From a virus, in IMG/VR virus record IMGVR_UViG_3300028786_000007, positions 36,524-100,523 of that record: 64,000 nt of DNA; one strand, 5' to 3'. The notes under the pieces are model-generated. The model saw nothing but the letters and a program-made list of their open reading frames with translations, did no database searches and had not been told where the DNA came from. Below, piece by piece: positions 1 through 10,157 of this stretch; within the stretch, counting starts at the first letter, position 1, and each line of letters begins with the position of its first letter. The translations under genes were made by a program, and so were the position numbers.

Positions 1-1
1 C

Positions 2-817
2 TTCTTCAAGGCGTCCGACGCCCTGGAAGCAGGTGAAAATTACGTCAATGGCCGGTTCAATTCGGAGGCTACCCGTAAGGCGCTGGCTTCCATGACCCCA
101 CAGGAGCGCGACCTGTTCGCGGAAGGCTTCGCCAGCCGGTTTATGCAGCAGGCTCGCAGAGTAGGCGACCGCCGCTCCTTGTTGAACTCCATCAACAATT
201 CCCCGGACGCTCGGGAACGCTTCACGATTGCCCTCGGCCCTAACCGGGCGCGGTCGATGGAAGCCTTTCTGCGCGTCGAGGGCGTACTAGACCTGCTGCG
301 TAAGGCGCAAGGCAACAGCACTACGGCCCGACAGCTCGTCGAGCTGGGCCTTATTGGCGCTTCCGGCTATCACGCTTACGAGACCGAACCCTCCGCCATC
401 CTCGGCGCGATCCTAGTGATGGGTAATCGCCACATTAATCGCCGCGTAGCCGAGCGCGTCGCGCAACAGCTACTGAGCCCGAACGTGACGCAGATGATGG
501 CCGGCCTGAAGCAGGTTGGTTCGACCCCCATGATGGACGCCCTGAGGAGCTTCGATAAGCTAATGGTCCGCACTGGCATTGCCTCGCAAGGCGCTCGGGA
601 AGCCGCGCCCGCCCAACCTGCGCCTGCTCCGACGCCCTCCACGCCCCCTCTGCCGGAGCGTAAGTCCGCCCCCACCGGCCGCGGCGCAGCGCTTCAGGGC
701 CTCCAGGAGGCTCAGCGCATGGCTCAGGAGGCTATCGCACGCGGGGCTCAGGAGGACGCCGTTAATGCGCGGCTCGCCGCCTACATCAAAGCGAATAACC
801 TGACTGACGGGGCATAG
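2..817 (+). CDS. Virion/ejection (DNA injection) protein, 5'-truncated by window edge
   Basis: Frame open from nt 2; Ala/Gln-rich helical protein with GNSTTARQL motif; abuts the giant ejection gene (TAG then ATG). Confidence 0.6.
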   Translation, partial: FFKASDALEAGENYVNGRFNSEATRKALASMTPQERDLFAEGFASRFMQQARRVGDRRSLLNSINNSPDARERFTIALGPNRARSMEAFLRVEGVLDLLRKAQGNSTTARQLVELGLIGASGYHAYETEPSAILGAILVMGNRHINRRVAERVAQQLLSPNVTQMMAGLKQVGSTPMMDALRSFDKLMVRTGIASQGAREAAPAQPAPAPTPSTPPLPERKSAPTGRGAALQGLQEAQRMAQEAIARGAQEDAVNARLAAYIKANNLTDGA

Positions 818-3800
818 ATGTTCAATTGGGATGAGCTGCTCTTTAATCCGAACCTGCTAACCCAACCCCAACCCGTCGTAGCGCCGGGCGGGTGGACCCC
901 ACGCCTAGAGCCCGTCAACTTCTCTCCCCAGCCTACACCCTCGCAGCCTACGGTGCAGCCTTCCTGGGCAGCGCCAAACTTGGAACCCGCCCTAAACCCG
1001 CGGGTTCCCTTTTCCCCAGTGGCCGCGGAGAACTATGACCCCTTCAAGGCGTTCGCCGCGGACGTTAAGGAGCCCAAGAAGCCCAACCTTGGGCTGATGG
1101 GCGAAAGCTGGGGCACGCTGAAGCCGGACGACCAGAAGAAGTGGCTGGACGACCAGTTCGCTGCTTACGAAACTGGTCAGCAGCGCATCAAGAACCTGGA
1201 AGGCTTGATCGCTGCCTCGCCGAGCCCGGTGGCGCAGCGCGCTTTGCAATCGCAACTGAATGCGACGCGCTCTACGCTGCCGGACCTCGCCAAGCTTAAC
1301 GAAATGCGGGCTGGCACCGCGCCGCTGCCGCTGAAGACCGGCCTGCGGGCCGGCGCGGAAAACGCTGTGCAAGGCTTCTCCGGCGCGGTTCTGGGTATCC
1401 CGGAGTTCGCGGGCATCGTCAAAGGCTACCTCGGCGATGAGAAGGTCGACGACAATACGCTGCTGAAGTGGGCGCAGGACGCCAAGCTGAAAGTGAATCA
1501 GCTGTTCCCCGGCGACGCGGCCCGCCAGGAGGATTTCTCCCAGAAGCTCGCCAACGGCCTGGGCCAACTCGGAGCGTTCTATGGCGGCGGCGCAGTCACT
1601 GCGCTACTGAAGGCCGGGCCGAAAGCCGTGGCGGCCGTGGTCACCGCGATGGGCGCTTCGGCCTCCGGCTCCCAAGGCTTTGAGGAAGCCACTGCGGAAC
1701 TCAAGAAAGCCCAAGAGGCGGCCAAGGCGGCCGGCGATACGGCGCAGGTCAGCGAGCTCGACCGTATCCTAAAGACCTTCGGCTATGCCGCGGTCGGCAC
1801 GACGGAAGCGCTGCCCATCGTCTCTACCTTCGCTCGAGTGGCCGCCCCCACGACGCGCATTGGTGCGCGGGTGGCCGGAGCCTTTGAGGGTGCGCTGGAG
1901 GAAGGTGCTCAGGAAGCGGCCAGCCAGCTTGCCCAGAACGCCATTACAGGCCAGACCACGGACCCGAATCGTCCGCTCGGCGAGGGCGTGGCCGAATCCG
2001 CGGCGATCGGCGCGGTCCTTGGCGGCGGTGCGGGCGGGGCCTTCGCCGGTAAGCCGGTCCCCGGCGTCGAGGAAGTCAACCCCTCCGTCGAAGCGCCTTT
2101 CGCGGGGCCGATGGAGATGAAGCCCGGCGAATCGCTGAGCTTTATTGACTTGATCCCGGACGAAAATGGCGAGTATTCCGTTGATGGTGGCCAGCGTGCG
2201 CTTAATGCTCCCGTAGCGGCCTTGCCGAGCCCCGAGGGGCCGGCCGCGGCTACCGTAGCGCCGGACTTGCCCCCCACGGCTCCTGCGGGCTCCTCGTCCG
2301 CCTCCGCGCCGATCACGCCGCCGCCCGGCACGAGCTTCTTCGATGCGGGCAGTTATGACGCGGCGTTGAAGGGTAAAGAGCTCGGCAAGGACGAATATTA
2401 CCATGGCGGCTCCTACAAGGGCGGCCAGAGCGACGGGGTGGTCTACCTTACCAAGAACCCGAACTTCGCTGACACCTATGTCACAATGGCGAAGGAGCGC
2501 GGTATTGAAGGCGCTGACCGCCAACGCCTCTCTGTTCCGCTGCAGGCCGTCGCGCCGATGGACGCAGTTGAGCGCGCGGCGACCGCGGCCGGCATTGATA
2601 CGGCCTCCAGCACGCCCGCTTCATGGTTCGACAAAGAGCTGCACGGCGACCAAGCTGTCAAATTGCTGACGCAATCGCTGAAGAAGGCCGGCTTCGACCA
2701 CGCCGTGTTGCCGGACGTGAGTTATGGCGGCGGTATGCAGGAGGATGTGACGGTCGCCTTCGGGCCGAATGCGAAGACTGCAGTGCAAGATGCCGCGGTG
2801 AAGGGTAAGGCCGCCGGACCAGACATGACCCGCCGTGGCTTCCTTAAGGGCCTGGGAGCGGCTGCAGGAGCGGCGGCCGTCGCCTCAACTGGCTTGCCTA
2901 AAAGCGTGGGGCAGTTAGCCAGCCCACCTCAAGCAGCAGCGACTCCGGTGGCAGCTGCTGCCCGGCCCGCATGGCGTCCTTGGAGTGAAATCACAAATCA
3001 ATACCAGTATCGGCCCCTAACAGCTCAAACACTTGATCCCAAGCGTTACGAAAAACTCGCCAAATTTGTCACCAAAAATATCGGCGGCAATGTCGACTTG
3101 GGTCAACAGCTTGCGGAAGGTAAGATCCAGGAGGTTGTCTTCGAAGGTCGGCCTGTGGGCTACAACATTGATATAGCCTTTCCCCACTACGCGACGCCTG
3201 ACTTCCGATTGCAAAATCACCCGTTTAAGCTGTACGAAAAAGCCTTTAATCCGCTTCCGTACCCCAAAGCAATTGAAGCTCAGAAGCAATCGGAAGCTCC
3301 GAAAGCCGAAAAACCCACCCTCCCCGAGCAGCCCTTCAAAGCCGTAGGTGGCAAGCCCGGCGACGTCACCCGCGCAATCGAAATCTCGCCGCAACTGAAC
3401 GCGGATCAGGTTGAGCAGCAAAGCAAGCTGCTACTGAACGCCGGCCGTACGGTGCAGCTGCCCGACGCGCTGACTGAGCCTTATTTCCGCGCGATCAACG
3501 CCCTGGGCAGTATGATCCCGGAGAATATCCCGGCGAACGTGCTCGTGGAAGTTCGGCCGTCCGGCGTTACCGAAAACGGTAAGCCGCTGATCAACGCGGT
3601 GTTCCGGACCGCGGCCGGCGCAGAGCAGATGGTGCAAGGCACCTGGGAAGAGCTAACCGACGTCCGGGCCTTTTACATGCCCGCTGGCGGCGGGGCCGCT
3701 CACGGCCTTTTCCTTCTTCCGTTGGATCCGAGTCAAAGCGGCTCCGATCGTCTTGGGGGCGTATTGTGGCATGAGATTCTTCATGCCCTCCGCCGAGAGG

Positions 3801-6800
3801 GGCACCTGCCCGCCCGTGACTGGAATCGGCTTCTTGGCCATGCGACGGACCTCGATATCCTGGGCCAAAGGTATCAATCCTTTGCGCAGGCGACCCGTGA
3901 CCCATACGCAAAAGACTACGAGCCGAACGGCACCATTCGTGAGCTTTATGCTGAGTTCAACGAGGGCCGACCGGACTTTGATGAGGCCATGGCTCAGGAA
4001 GCCGTCGCCCACATGCTGGAACAGTATAGCCACGGTGCGCTCGATGCACAAGCGATGGCCCCCATCCAGGATGTGCTGGACAACATTAAGAATGGCGCAT
4101 ATGCCCAGCCCGTGACCGGCGCGGAGGCGGGGCCGATTGATCAGGCTCGGCAGGGCGTTAAGCTCCCGGAAGGCGTCGTGCGCGTGTATCATGGCACGGT
4201 GCGGCCGGACTTCGAACGCTTCGACACGTCCAAATCGGAACATGGCGGCGACGCCTACTTCACCGAAAACCCTGAGCTCGCTAACGAATTTGCGGGCGGT
4301 AAATACCCGGAATCATTAGAGAACCCACCCTATTCACTGCCCTATAATTCTGCGCGTCGGGTGATCCCGGCGGATATGGACGTGACCGGCTTTAAGCGGG
4401 TGAAGTTCGGCAGCTGGCTGCTGGGCCCCTATGAGTGGACCCGCGACGACGGCGCGAAGCTGCAGAAGGCGGTCGATCAAGCCAAGGCGGAAGGCTACAA
4501 AGGCCTGGTCGCGGAGGGCATTACTGATCAGAAAGTGAAGGGTTCTCAGTACATCACCTGGACCCCGGATACGGTCAAGCACGCTTTTACCCAGAAGCCG
4601 CTTTATGCGCTGTTCGGGAAATGGGGCAAGGGAGAAGCTAGGACGGGAGAACCTGCCCCAGAGCTGCCGAAAGATCTTGAGTACCTCAATAAGTCAACTA
4701 CAGAAGAGTGGGCCACGGCCAAGTATTCTAAGCCGTTATTTGCCATTGAAAACATCCCCGGCACCGTTTCTTATGAAATTAGTAAAACCGTTCTTCAAAA
4801 TTCATTGACTGAAACTACAAAGTGGATGAATGAGAAGAATATCGGCGGCACTAAAAATGAACTCTACGACCTGACTTTCAAGAAAATCTTCATCAAGAAC
4901 ATGATGAAGATGGGCCAAGATTACCTGCAGAAAGAAGGATCTGGCCCCAAAGAAGCAGGAATATACCTTACGGCTGCTGCGGCAGGATTGATGCCGGGCT
5001 CTGGACAACCTGTTTTAGCAAAGGCCCCACTCACAGAAACTGGACCAGCGAAGCCGGCCGGGCCGAAGCCAGCGACGGACTACACCAAAAAAGAGATCGA
5101 CGCTCTAAACGACGCGGATTGGGCCACGGCCAAGTACCTCAACCCGTATTACGCCGTCGATTCATTGACGGGCTTCGCCCACGAGACGGCCACTAAGCTT
5201 TTGAAGGAGGCTGCGAAGAGCTCGGAGCCCCTCAAGAAGAAATTTCTGTTCAGTATCATCACGGTCGCTAACGTCTGGTCCACCTGGGCTGAGGGCTCAA
5301 AGAACAAGCAAGCCAGCGATCAGCTGCTCGCCGCGGCGCAGTTACTGCTGCCCGGTTCGATCCAGAAGCCCGCGGCCCAATCGGGAACCACGGTCACCAC
5401 GTCCTACGGCCATAAACTGGCTGAGAAAAATAAGGCCGCCTTCAAGGCTGAGATCAATAAGACGCTGGATCAGCTTGTTGCTGTCGGCGAGAAGAAGACC
5501 TCAAAGCCCTTCACGGTTCAGCAAGCCTCCGAATACGCTGACGCCCAGCACCCCGGCGCAGGCGTGACCATCGACAACCTTATGAGGTGGAATGAGGGCG
5601 CGGACACCGACCCAAAGCTCTTGGCGATAGCCATTGAGGAATTGTTGGCGGACCCAGAGACCAGCGGCATAGACATTTCCGAAGACCCCCTGCAGCTGGC
5701 CGTCCTGCAAGATATTGTGGCGATGCTGGAGGGGCAAAAGAGCCCGCCTGAGCCCACTACAGCGCAGACTTCCATCACCGTCGACCAAGCCTTGGAATAC
5801 GCCAAGACTCAAGACACTGATGCCTATTTCGCTCTCTATGACCTCGTCAAAGGAGCTTTCAAGGGAACGGATAGCGCCAAGCTCGACCCTGCACAGGTCG
5901 CCGACGCCCTTATTGACCATCTTGAGAACCAAGATGAGCCGATTACAGCGGCTGACTTCAAGTCAGACACGGTCCTCAACGATATTGCCGGGATGCTATA
6001 CGGGCACAAGTCGCTGCCCGAGCCGGAGCCGGCCGCAGTAGAGGCGGCCGGAAAAATCATCATGGCCGCCTTTGGCGACTATTATTGGTTCCAGGAAGCC
6101 AAAAATAATGCTGCAGCTAAGGTCAAGTCATCAGACGTTAAGAACCAAACACCTGCCTTTAAAACAGCCATTGCTGAGCACCTGAGCAGTCTTGCACCTG
6201 CATTTGCTCCGGAGTTTCAAGTGGCTTTTGGCAAAGCCATTGATATCCTGGGGGGTGTAAAGCCTACCGAGCCAGAGGCCGCTAAGCCTGCGGAAGACCC
6301 CCTAGAAGCGGCCGAAAAGATCATGAAGGATTACTTCGACCATGCCGATTGGTATTGGCAAGGGGCGAAGAATTACGGTGCCGCCCAAGTGACATTGGCT
6401 GATGTCAAAAACAAAACGCCAACATTTTATGCCGCGGTGGTGGAGGGCTTAAAGGAAACCGCTAAAACGCTTAAGCCTGGGGCGAAGGCAGCGATCCAAA
6501 AGGCCATCGACGTTCTGGAAGCTGGTAAGAGCAAGACTCTTGCCACCGCGGAAGATCCCGCCTTCAAGACCCTCGCCGAGGCGAATAACTACGCCAATGA
6601 GCTAGGCCCAGACGTGCAGGCTGCTTTCGTTCAAGCGCTCAACGCAACGAACAAGAAGCTGCCCCATGCTGTCAATTACATCAAATTGGACGAGACCAGC
6701 AAAAACCTCGCTGTAATCGCCATTGAGACCCCTGATGCAGAGCTGAAAAGTAAGCTGCTGAAGATGATTAACGGGCTATATGCCGGCTCCAAGGCGCTGA

Positions 6801-9800
6801 AGAAAGCCGGTGACACTGGTTATTACTCACCGTCGGCTGAGGCCGAGCCAACCCCGGCGAAGAAACCCGCCAATCCCACGGGACACGCCATAGCCGACCC
6901 CGCGAGCGGGCTCGCCTATGAGATCGCCACCAACGCCTTCAAGGGGGCCAAGTCAGACGCGCAAAGCGCCTGGGAAATGGACCAGCCGGTTAATGCGGAA
7001 ATAGCCAAGATCGCTAATCTGAAAATTAGCGAAGCGGCAGGTGCAGTCCCCCTCACTGGAGTAGGTTCGCTGAGTGAGCCCGAGCTGAACCAGCTCCAGA
7101 AAATCTATGAGCAGCTGAATGCTATCGAGGGCGGCACCTTCGAGAGCGCCGCCGCGCCCGCACCCAAGACCTACAAGCACGTCACGAGCGCCCTGAATAA
7201 GTTCGTTGCGGTGTCCTATAAGGGCAAAAAGCATATCCAGGAGCAAATTCAGACGCTCTACGAAGCGGCCTTCAAGGACAAAGGTGCTTTCCCGGTCGTT
7301 TCCAAGACTGCTGAGTTCAAAACGGAGCTGGTCAAATGGCTGCACAACGTCGCTCAGCAAAACGGCAGCTCCGACTTAGCGAAAGACTTCAGTAAATTTG
7401 CGGAGACCATCGATACTTCGGAAGGCGACGGCACCGTCGAAGAGCCTAAGCCTGAATTCAAGCCCACGCTCAGCTTCGAAGACATGATCCCCGCGCCGCA
7501 GCGAGAATACACCTTCGCCAAGAATGCGGGCGGCGGCACCAAGCCGAAGGAAATCTGGACCGACGAAGAGGGCAAGGAGTACCTGTTCAAGCCGGTCAAG
7601 AAGGGCGACGAGTTCGTTGCCTACGGCGAAGTCGCGGGCGGCCACATCTCCGCCCTGGTCAACCCCAAAGCCCCTAAAATCTGGCTCCAGGAGCTCAACG
7701 GCCGGACCGGCTCGATGCAGGAGATGCTGCCTAACGGCGGCGACCTGGGCGACGTAGCGATTGAGGACCTCACCGGTGCGGAGGTCCAATCGATCATGCG
7801 CGAACACGTGGTGGATTGGCTGATCTCCAATCATGATGGTCACCGCCGCCAGTTCCTGATCATGGGTGACGGCTCGCTGGTCGGCATCGATAAGGGCCAA
7901 GCCTTCAAATATTTCGGCAAGGACAAGCTCGACGTTGACTACCACCCTAACTCGCAATACGGCGAGGAGGAGCCAATCTACAATAAGATGTGGCGCGCGC
8001 TGGTGGCCGGCAAGCTGACCAAGGCAACGAAGGACATTCTCGGCCCCGACGGAGATACTGAAGCTGTTAAGAAACAGTTAGGAGAGCTGCGTGCAAAATT
8101 AGCAGAAATTGCTCCTGAGGCTGAGAAAGCGCAATCTTGGCTTGTTAATTTTCAAAATGGACTGAAGTCGGAAGTTCGGTTACTGACTGATGCTACCAAT
8201 GATGCTGAGTATGAAGATGCTCAGGATATGCATATGGCCTTGAATGCCAGGCTGTCCTCCATAGAAGAGGAATTTCTACAGGACGCTGAGGAAAAACTCA
8301 AACTTGAGCCGCAGGAATGGTGGATTGCCGGTGAGCAAAAAGGCCGGTCTTTCTTTGCGTCCAAGGATAATAAGCAGGCCCGCATAGGCGCTTCGTACAA
8401 TCAATTTATCCCGGTCTTGGCCAAGACGTGGTTCCTGCCGCAGAATGGCATCACCCTAAAGGAAGCGCAGGAGATCCTCGGAAAGACCCACCTTCATGCG
8501 GGCTCCTTCCTAGAAACTCATGGCTACAGTCAAGAAGCGGAAAAATATGCTACCGCGCTACGCGACAAAGGCTATGACCACATCAAATTGAGCGATGATG
8601 CCATCGTTGGCCTCATCGCGCCGCAGGTCGTGCAGCCCTGGGAACCGATCACGCAAGAATACCGCGATAAGGTTCATGTTGCTGCCAACGGCTATCTGGG
8701 CGACCTGCTCCGCAGCATGGCCCGGAATCTCAGAAACCCGGAAGCTCGGAAGCTACTGATTCGGCAAGCTGAAAAGTTTGAAAAAGCCAAAGGGGAATTA
8801 CTTTGGAACAACGACATCCTTCCTGAACTGGAACAAAGCATAGACTCCACTGTACTGGTGGGTTGGCGCGTCAGCATCAACAACCTCATTAATGACCGAT
8901 ATGCAGCCCTAACCCAAAAAGCAGAAACGCAAACTGATTCGGGTAATTTTTGGTCTGATCTGGTCAGTAGAACTCAATATAATTTACGCACTAACCTCTA
9001 TAATTTTGGTGTAAAGGCTCAAAGTTTACATCCAGCTGAGGGTGAGTATTCTCAAGGCCAAGTTGATGAACTCAAGAAAAGTAAATTTGCCACTGAGTTT
9101 CAAATATCTGAACTTGAGAATCAAAACGATACTGTCAAATTTGACAGTATCTTCTTCAAGGCCGCCAACGAAGCTGTCGATATTTTGCAAAACAAACTCT
9201 CGGACGACAACTTCTTGGGGCTGATCAAGCCCTATGCGGAACGTCGTTTCAAGGGCCGGCCGAACAACCTTGATGCCTTTCTGGACTACGCGCTGCAGCG
9301 GAAGGGCAACCTCGCCAACAAATTCAACCGATTTTTTCTAGGGTTGCGCACAGATCAAAAACGACGCAGCGACGCCGTTAGGGAGGTGACGAGCAGCAGC
9401 GACTACACTGTGAAAGAGTGGAAAACCACAGTCGCAGACATCAATAAAACTCACGGCATCAATCTGACCCCGGAAGAATATGGGGCCATAAATGCCTACA
9501 CGGGCTCTTCCTTCCGAGGCGTAAACAACACGTTACGCACTGGTACGCCGTGGGAAGCGGAGAAAAAGCTCAGCAATGAGTGGCTGAGAGACATGAATTT
9601 TGCGGACCTGATCGAAAGCGGGTTGCAGAAGATCAAGCCCTACACAGGCACCGCATGGCGGGGTCAGGTAGTACACTCCGATGAACTGGCACGCTTACTG
9701 CCCGGTCGCGTACTCACCAATAAGGCATTTTGGTCAACGTCTTATAGCCCCGGTAACGCTTTCAACGGCAACGTGAAATTCATCATTGAATCGAAGAGTG

Positions 9801-9970
9801 GTCGCAACATTAAGTTTTTGTCCGGCCATGCCTCTGAAGATGAGGTGCTGTTCCCAACGGAACGCCAGTTCCTGATCACTTACCGGGAAGAAGGGACCAA
9901 CAAGCACGGTGATCCCTGCACAGACATCTACCTGACCGAGCTGCCGGAGGTAGATTTCAATGCGCTTTAG
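818..9970 (+). CDS. Giant (3050 aa) polyvalent virion/ejection protein: metallopeptidase, ART-like domains, HipA/PI3K-like kinase, C-terminal ADP-ribosyltransferase
   Basis: N-terminal ejection-protein-like Gly/Ala region (EGALEEGAQEA); YYHGG..VYLT (aa ~527); HEILH (aa 985); YHGT..YFT (aa ~1124); YLFKP/NHDGH/IDKG (aa ~2255-2360); R2948, STS2973, EDE3007-3009. Confidence 0.85.
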   Translation: MFNWDELLFNPNLLTQPQPVVAPGGWTPRLEPVNFSPQPTPSQPTVQPSWAAPNLEPALNPRVPFSPVAAENYDPFKAFAADVKEPKKPNLGLMGESWGTLKPDDQKKWLDDQFAAYETGQQRIKNLEGLIAASPSPVAQRALQSQLNATRSTLPDLAKLNEMRAGTAPLPLKTGLRAGAENAVQGFSGAVLGIPEFAGIVKGYLGDEKVDDNTLLKWAQDAKLKVNQLFPGDAARQEDFSQKLANGLGQLGAFYGGGAVTALLKAGPKAVAAVVTAMGASASGSQGFEEATAELKKAQEAAKAAGDTAQVSELDRILKTFGYAAVGTTEALPIVSTFARVAAPTTRIGARVAGAFEGALEEGAQEAASQLAQNAITGQTTDPNRPLGEGVAESAAIGAVLGGGAGGAFAGKPVPGVEEVNPSVEAPFAGPMEMKPGESLSFIDLIPDENGEYSVDGGQRALNAPVAALPSPEGPAAATVAPDLPPTAPAGSSSASAPITPPPGTSFFDAGSYDAALKGKELGKDEYYHGGSYKGGQSDGVVYLTKNPNFADTYVTMAKERGIEGADRQRLSVPLQAVAPMDAVERAATAAGIDTASSTPASWFDKELHGDQAVKLLTQSLKKAGFDHAVLPDVSYGGGMQEDVTVAFGPNAKTAVQDAAVKGKAAGPDMTRRGFLKGLGAAAGAAAVASTGLPKSVGQLASPPQAAATPVAAAARPAWRPWSEITNQYQYRPLTAQTLDPKRYEKLAKFVTKNIGGNVDLGQQLAEGKIQEVVFEGRPVGYNIDIAFPHYATPDFRLQNHPFKLYEKAFNPLPYPKAIEAQKQSEAPKAEKPTLPEQPFKAVGGKPGDVTRAIEISPQLNADQVEQQSKLLLNAGRTVQLPDALTEPYFRAINALGSMIPENIPANVLVEVRPSGVTENGKPLINAVFRTAAGAEQMVQGTWEELTDVRAFYMPAGGGAAHGLFLLPLDPSQSGSDRLGGVLWHEILHALRREGHLPARDWNRLLGHATDLDILGQRYQSFAQATRDPYAKDYEPNGTIRELYAEFNEGRPDFDEAMAQEAVAHMLEQYSHGALDAQAMAPIQDVLDNIKNGAYAQPVTGAEAGPIDQARQGVKLPEGVVRVYHGTVRPDFERFDTSKSEHGGDAYFTENPELANEFAGGKYPESLENPPYSLPYNSARRVIPADMDVTGFKRVKFGSWLLGPYEWTRDDGAKLQKAVDQAKAEGYKGLVAEGITDQKVKGSQYITWTPDTVKHAFTQKPLYALFGKWGKGEARTGEPAPELPKDLEYLNKSTTEEWATAKYSKPLFAIENIPGTVSYEISKTVLQNSLTETTKWMNEKNIGGTKNELYDLTFKKIFIKNMMKMGQDYLQKEGSGPKEAGIYLTAAAAGLMPGSGQPVLAKAPLTETGPAKPAGPKPATDYTKKEIDALNDADWATAKYLNPYYAVDSLTGFAHETATKLLKEAAKSSEPLKKKFLFSIITVANVWSTWAEGSKNKQASDQLLAAAQLLLPGSIQKPAAQSGTTVTTSYGHKLAEKNKAAFKAEINKTLDQLVAVGEKKTSKPFTVQQASEYADAQHPGAGVTIDNLMRWNEGADTDPKLLAIAIEELLADPETSGIDISEDPLQLAVLQDIVAMLEGQKSPPEPTTAQTSITVDQALEYAKTQDTDAYFALYDLVKGAFKGTDSAKLDPAQVADALIDHLENQDEPITAADFKSDTVLNDIAGMLYGHKSLPEPEPAAVEAAGKIIMAAFGDYYWFQEAKNNAAAKVKSSDVKNQTPAFKTAIAEHLSSLAPAFAPEFQVAFGKAIDILGGVKPTEPEAAKPAEDPLEAAEKIMKDYFDHADWYWQGAKNYGAAQVTLADVKNKTPTFYAAVVEGLKETAKTLKPGAKAAIQKAIDVLEAGKSKTLATAEDPAFKTLAEANNYANELGPDVQAAFVQALNATNKKLPHAVNYIKLDETSKNLAVIAIETPDAELKSKLLKMINGLYAGSKALKKAGDTGYYSPSAEAEPTPAKKPANPTGHAIADPASGLAYEIATNAFKGAKSDAQSAWEMDQPVNAEIAKIANLKISEAAGAVPLTGVGSLSEPELNQLQKIYEQLNAIEGGTFESAAAPAPKTYKHVTSALNKFVAVSYKGKKHIQEQIQTLYEAAFKDKGAFPVVSKTAEFKTELVKWLHNVAQQNGSSDLAKDFSKFAETIDTSEGDGTVEEPKPEFKPTLSFEDMIPAPQREYTFAKNAGGGTKPKEIWTDEEGKEYLFKPVKKGDEFVAYGEVAGGHISALVNPKAPKIWLQELNGRTGSMQEMLPNGGDLGDVAIEDLTGAEVQSIMREHVVDWLISNHDGHRRQFLIMGDGSLVGIDKGQAFKYFGKDKLDVDYHPNSQYGEEEPIYNKMWRALVAGKLTKATKDILGPDGDTEAVKKQLGELRAKLAEIAPEAEKAQSWLVNFQNGLKSEVRLLTDATNDAEYEDAQDMHMALNARLSSIEEEFLQDAEEKLKLEPQEWWIAGEQKGRSFFASKDNKQARIGASYNQFIPVLAKTWFLPQNGITLKEAQEILGKTHLHAGSFLETHGYSQEAEKYATALRDKGYDHIKLSDDAIVGLIAPQVVQPWEPITQEYRDKVHVAANGYLGDLLRSMARNLRNPEARKLLIRQAEKFEKAKGELLWNNDILPELEQSIDSTVLVGWRVSINNLINDRYAALTQKAETQTDSGNFWSDLVSRTQYNLRTNLYNFGVKAQSLHPAEGEYSQGQVDELKKSKFATEFQISELENQNDTVKFDSIFFKAANEAVDILQNKLSDDNFLGLIKPYAERRFKGRPNNLDAFLDYALQRKGNLANKFNRFFLGLRTDQKRRSDAVREVTSSSDYTVKEWKTTVADINKTHGINLTPEEYGAINAYTGSSFRGVNNTLRTGTPWEAEKKLSNEWLRDMNFADLIESGLQKIKPYTGTAWRGQVVHSDELARLLPGRVLTNKAFWSTSYSPGNAFNGNVKFIIESKSGRNIKFLSGHASEDEVLFPTERQFLITYREEGTNKHGDPCTDIYLTELPEVDFNAL

Positions 9971-10157
9971 GCAGGTCCAGAGCATTTTCGATAAAGCGGG
10001 GGGAAAGCTCCTCCTGCTCCGCCAGCGGGTCGCTGACTTGCTGGCGGGCCTGATTTTGCGCCTGCGCCGCCTTCACTTCGGAAGTCTTAACCTGTGCATC
10101 CGTCATGCCAGAAGCTTTCAGCAAGGCTTTTACTTCAGGCGAATACGTAATTGTCAT
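9957..10157 (-). CDS. Small hypothetical protein convergent with and overlapping the 3' end of the giant gene
   Basis: 66-aa ORF with GGAG RBS 7 nt before ATG; only antisense gene in the structural operon. Confidence 0.6.
   Translation of the reverse strand: MTITYSPEVKALLKASGMTDAQVKTSEVKAAQAQNQARQQVSDPLAEQEELSPRFIENALDLPKAH

Noticed and set aside
8050-9140. Intein in the kinase insertion
   Set aside because: No C/S-start with HN-C/S/T end and no LAGLIDADG motifs seen
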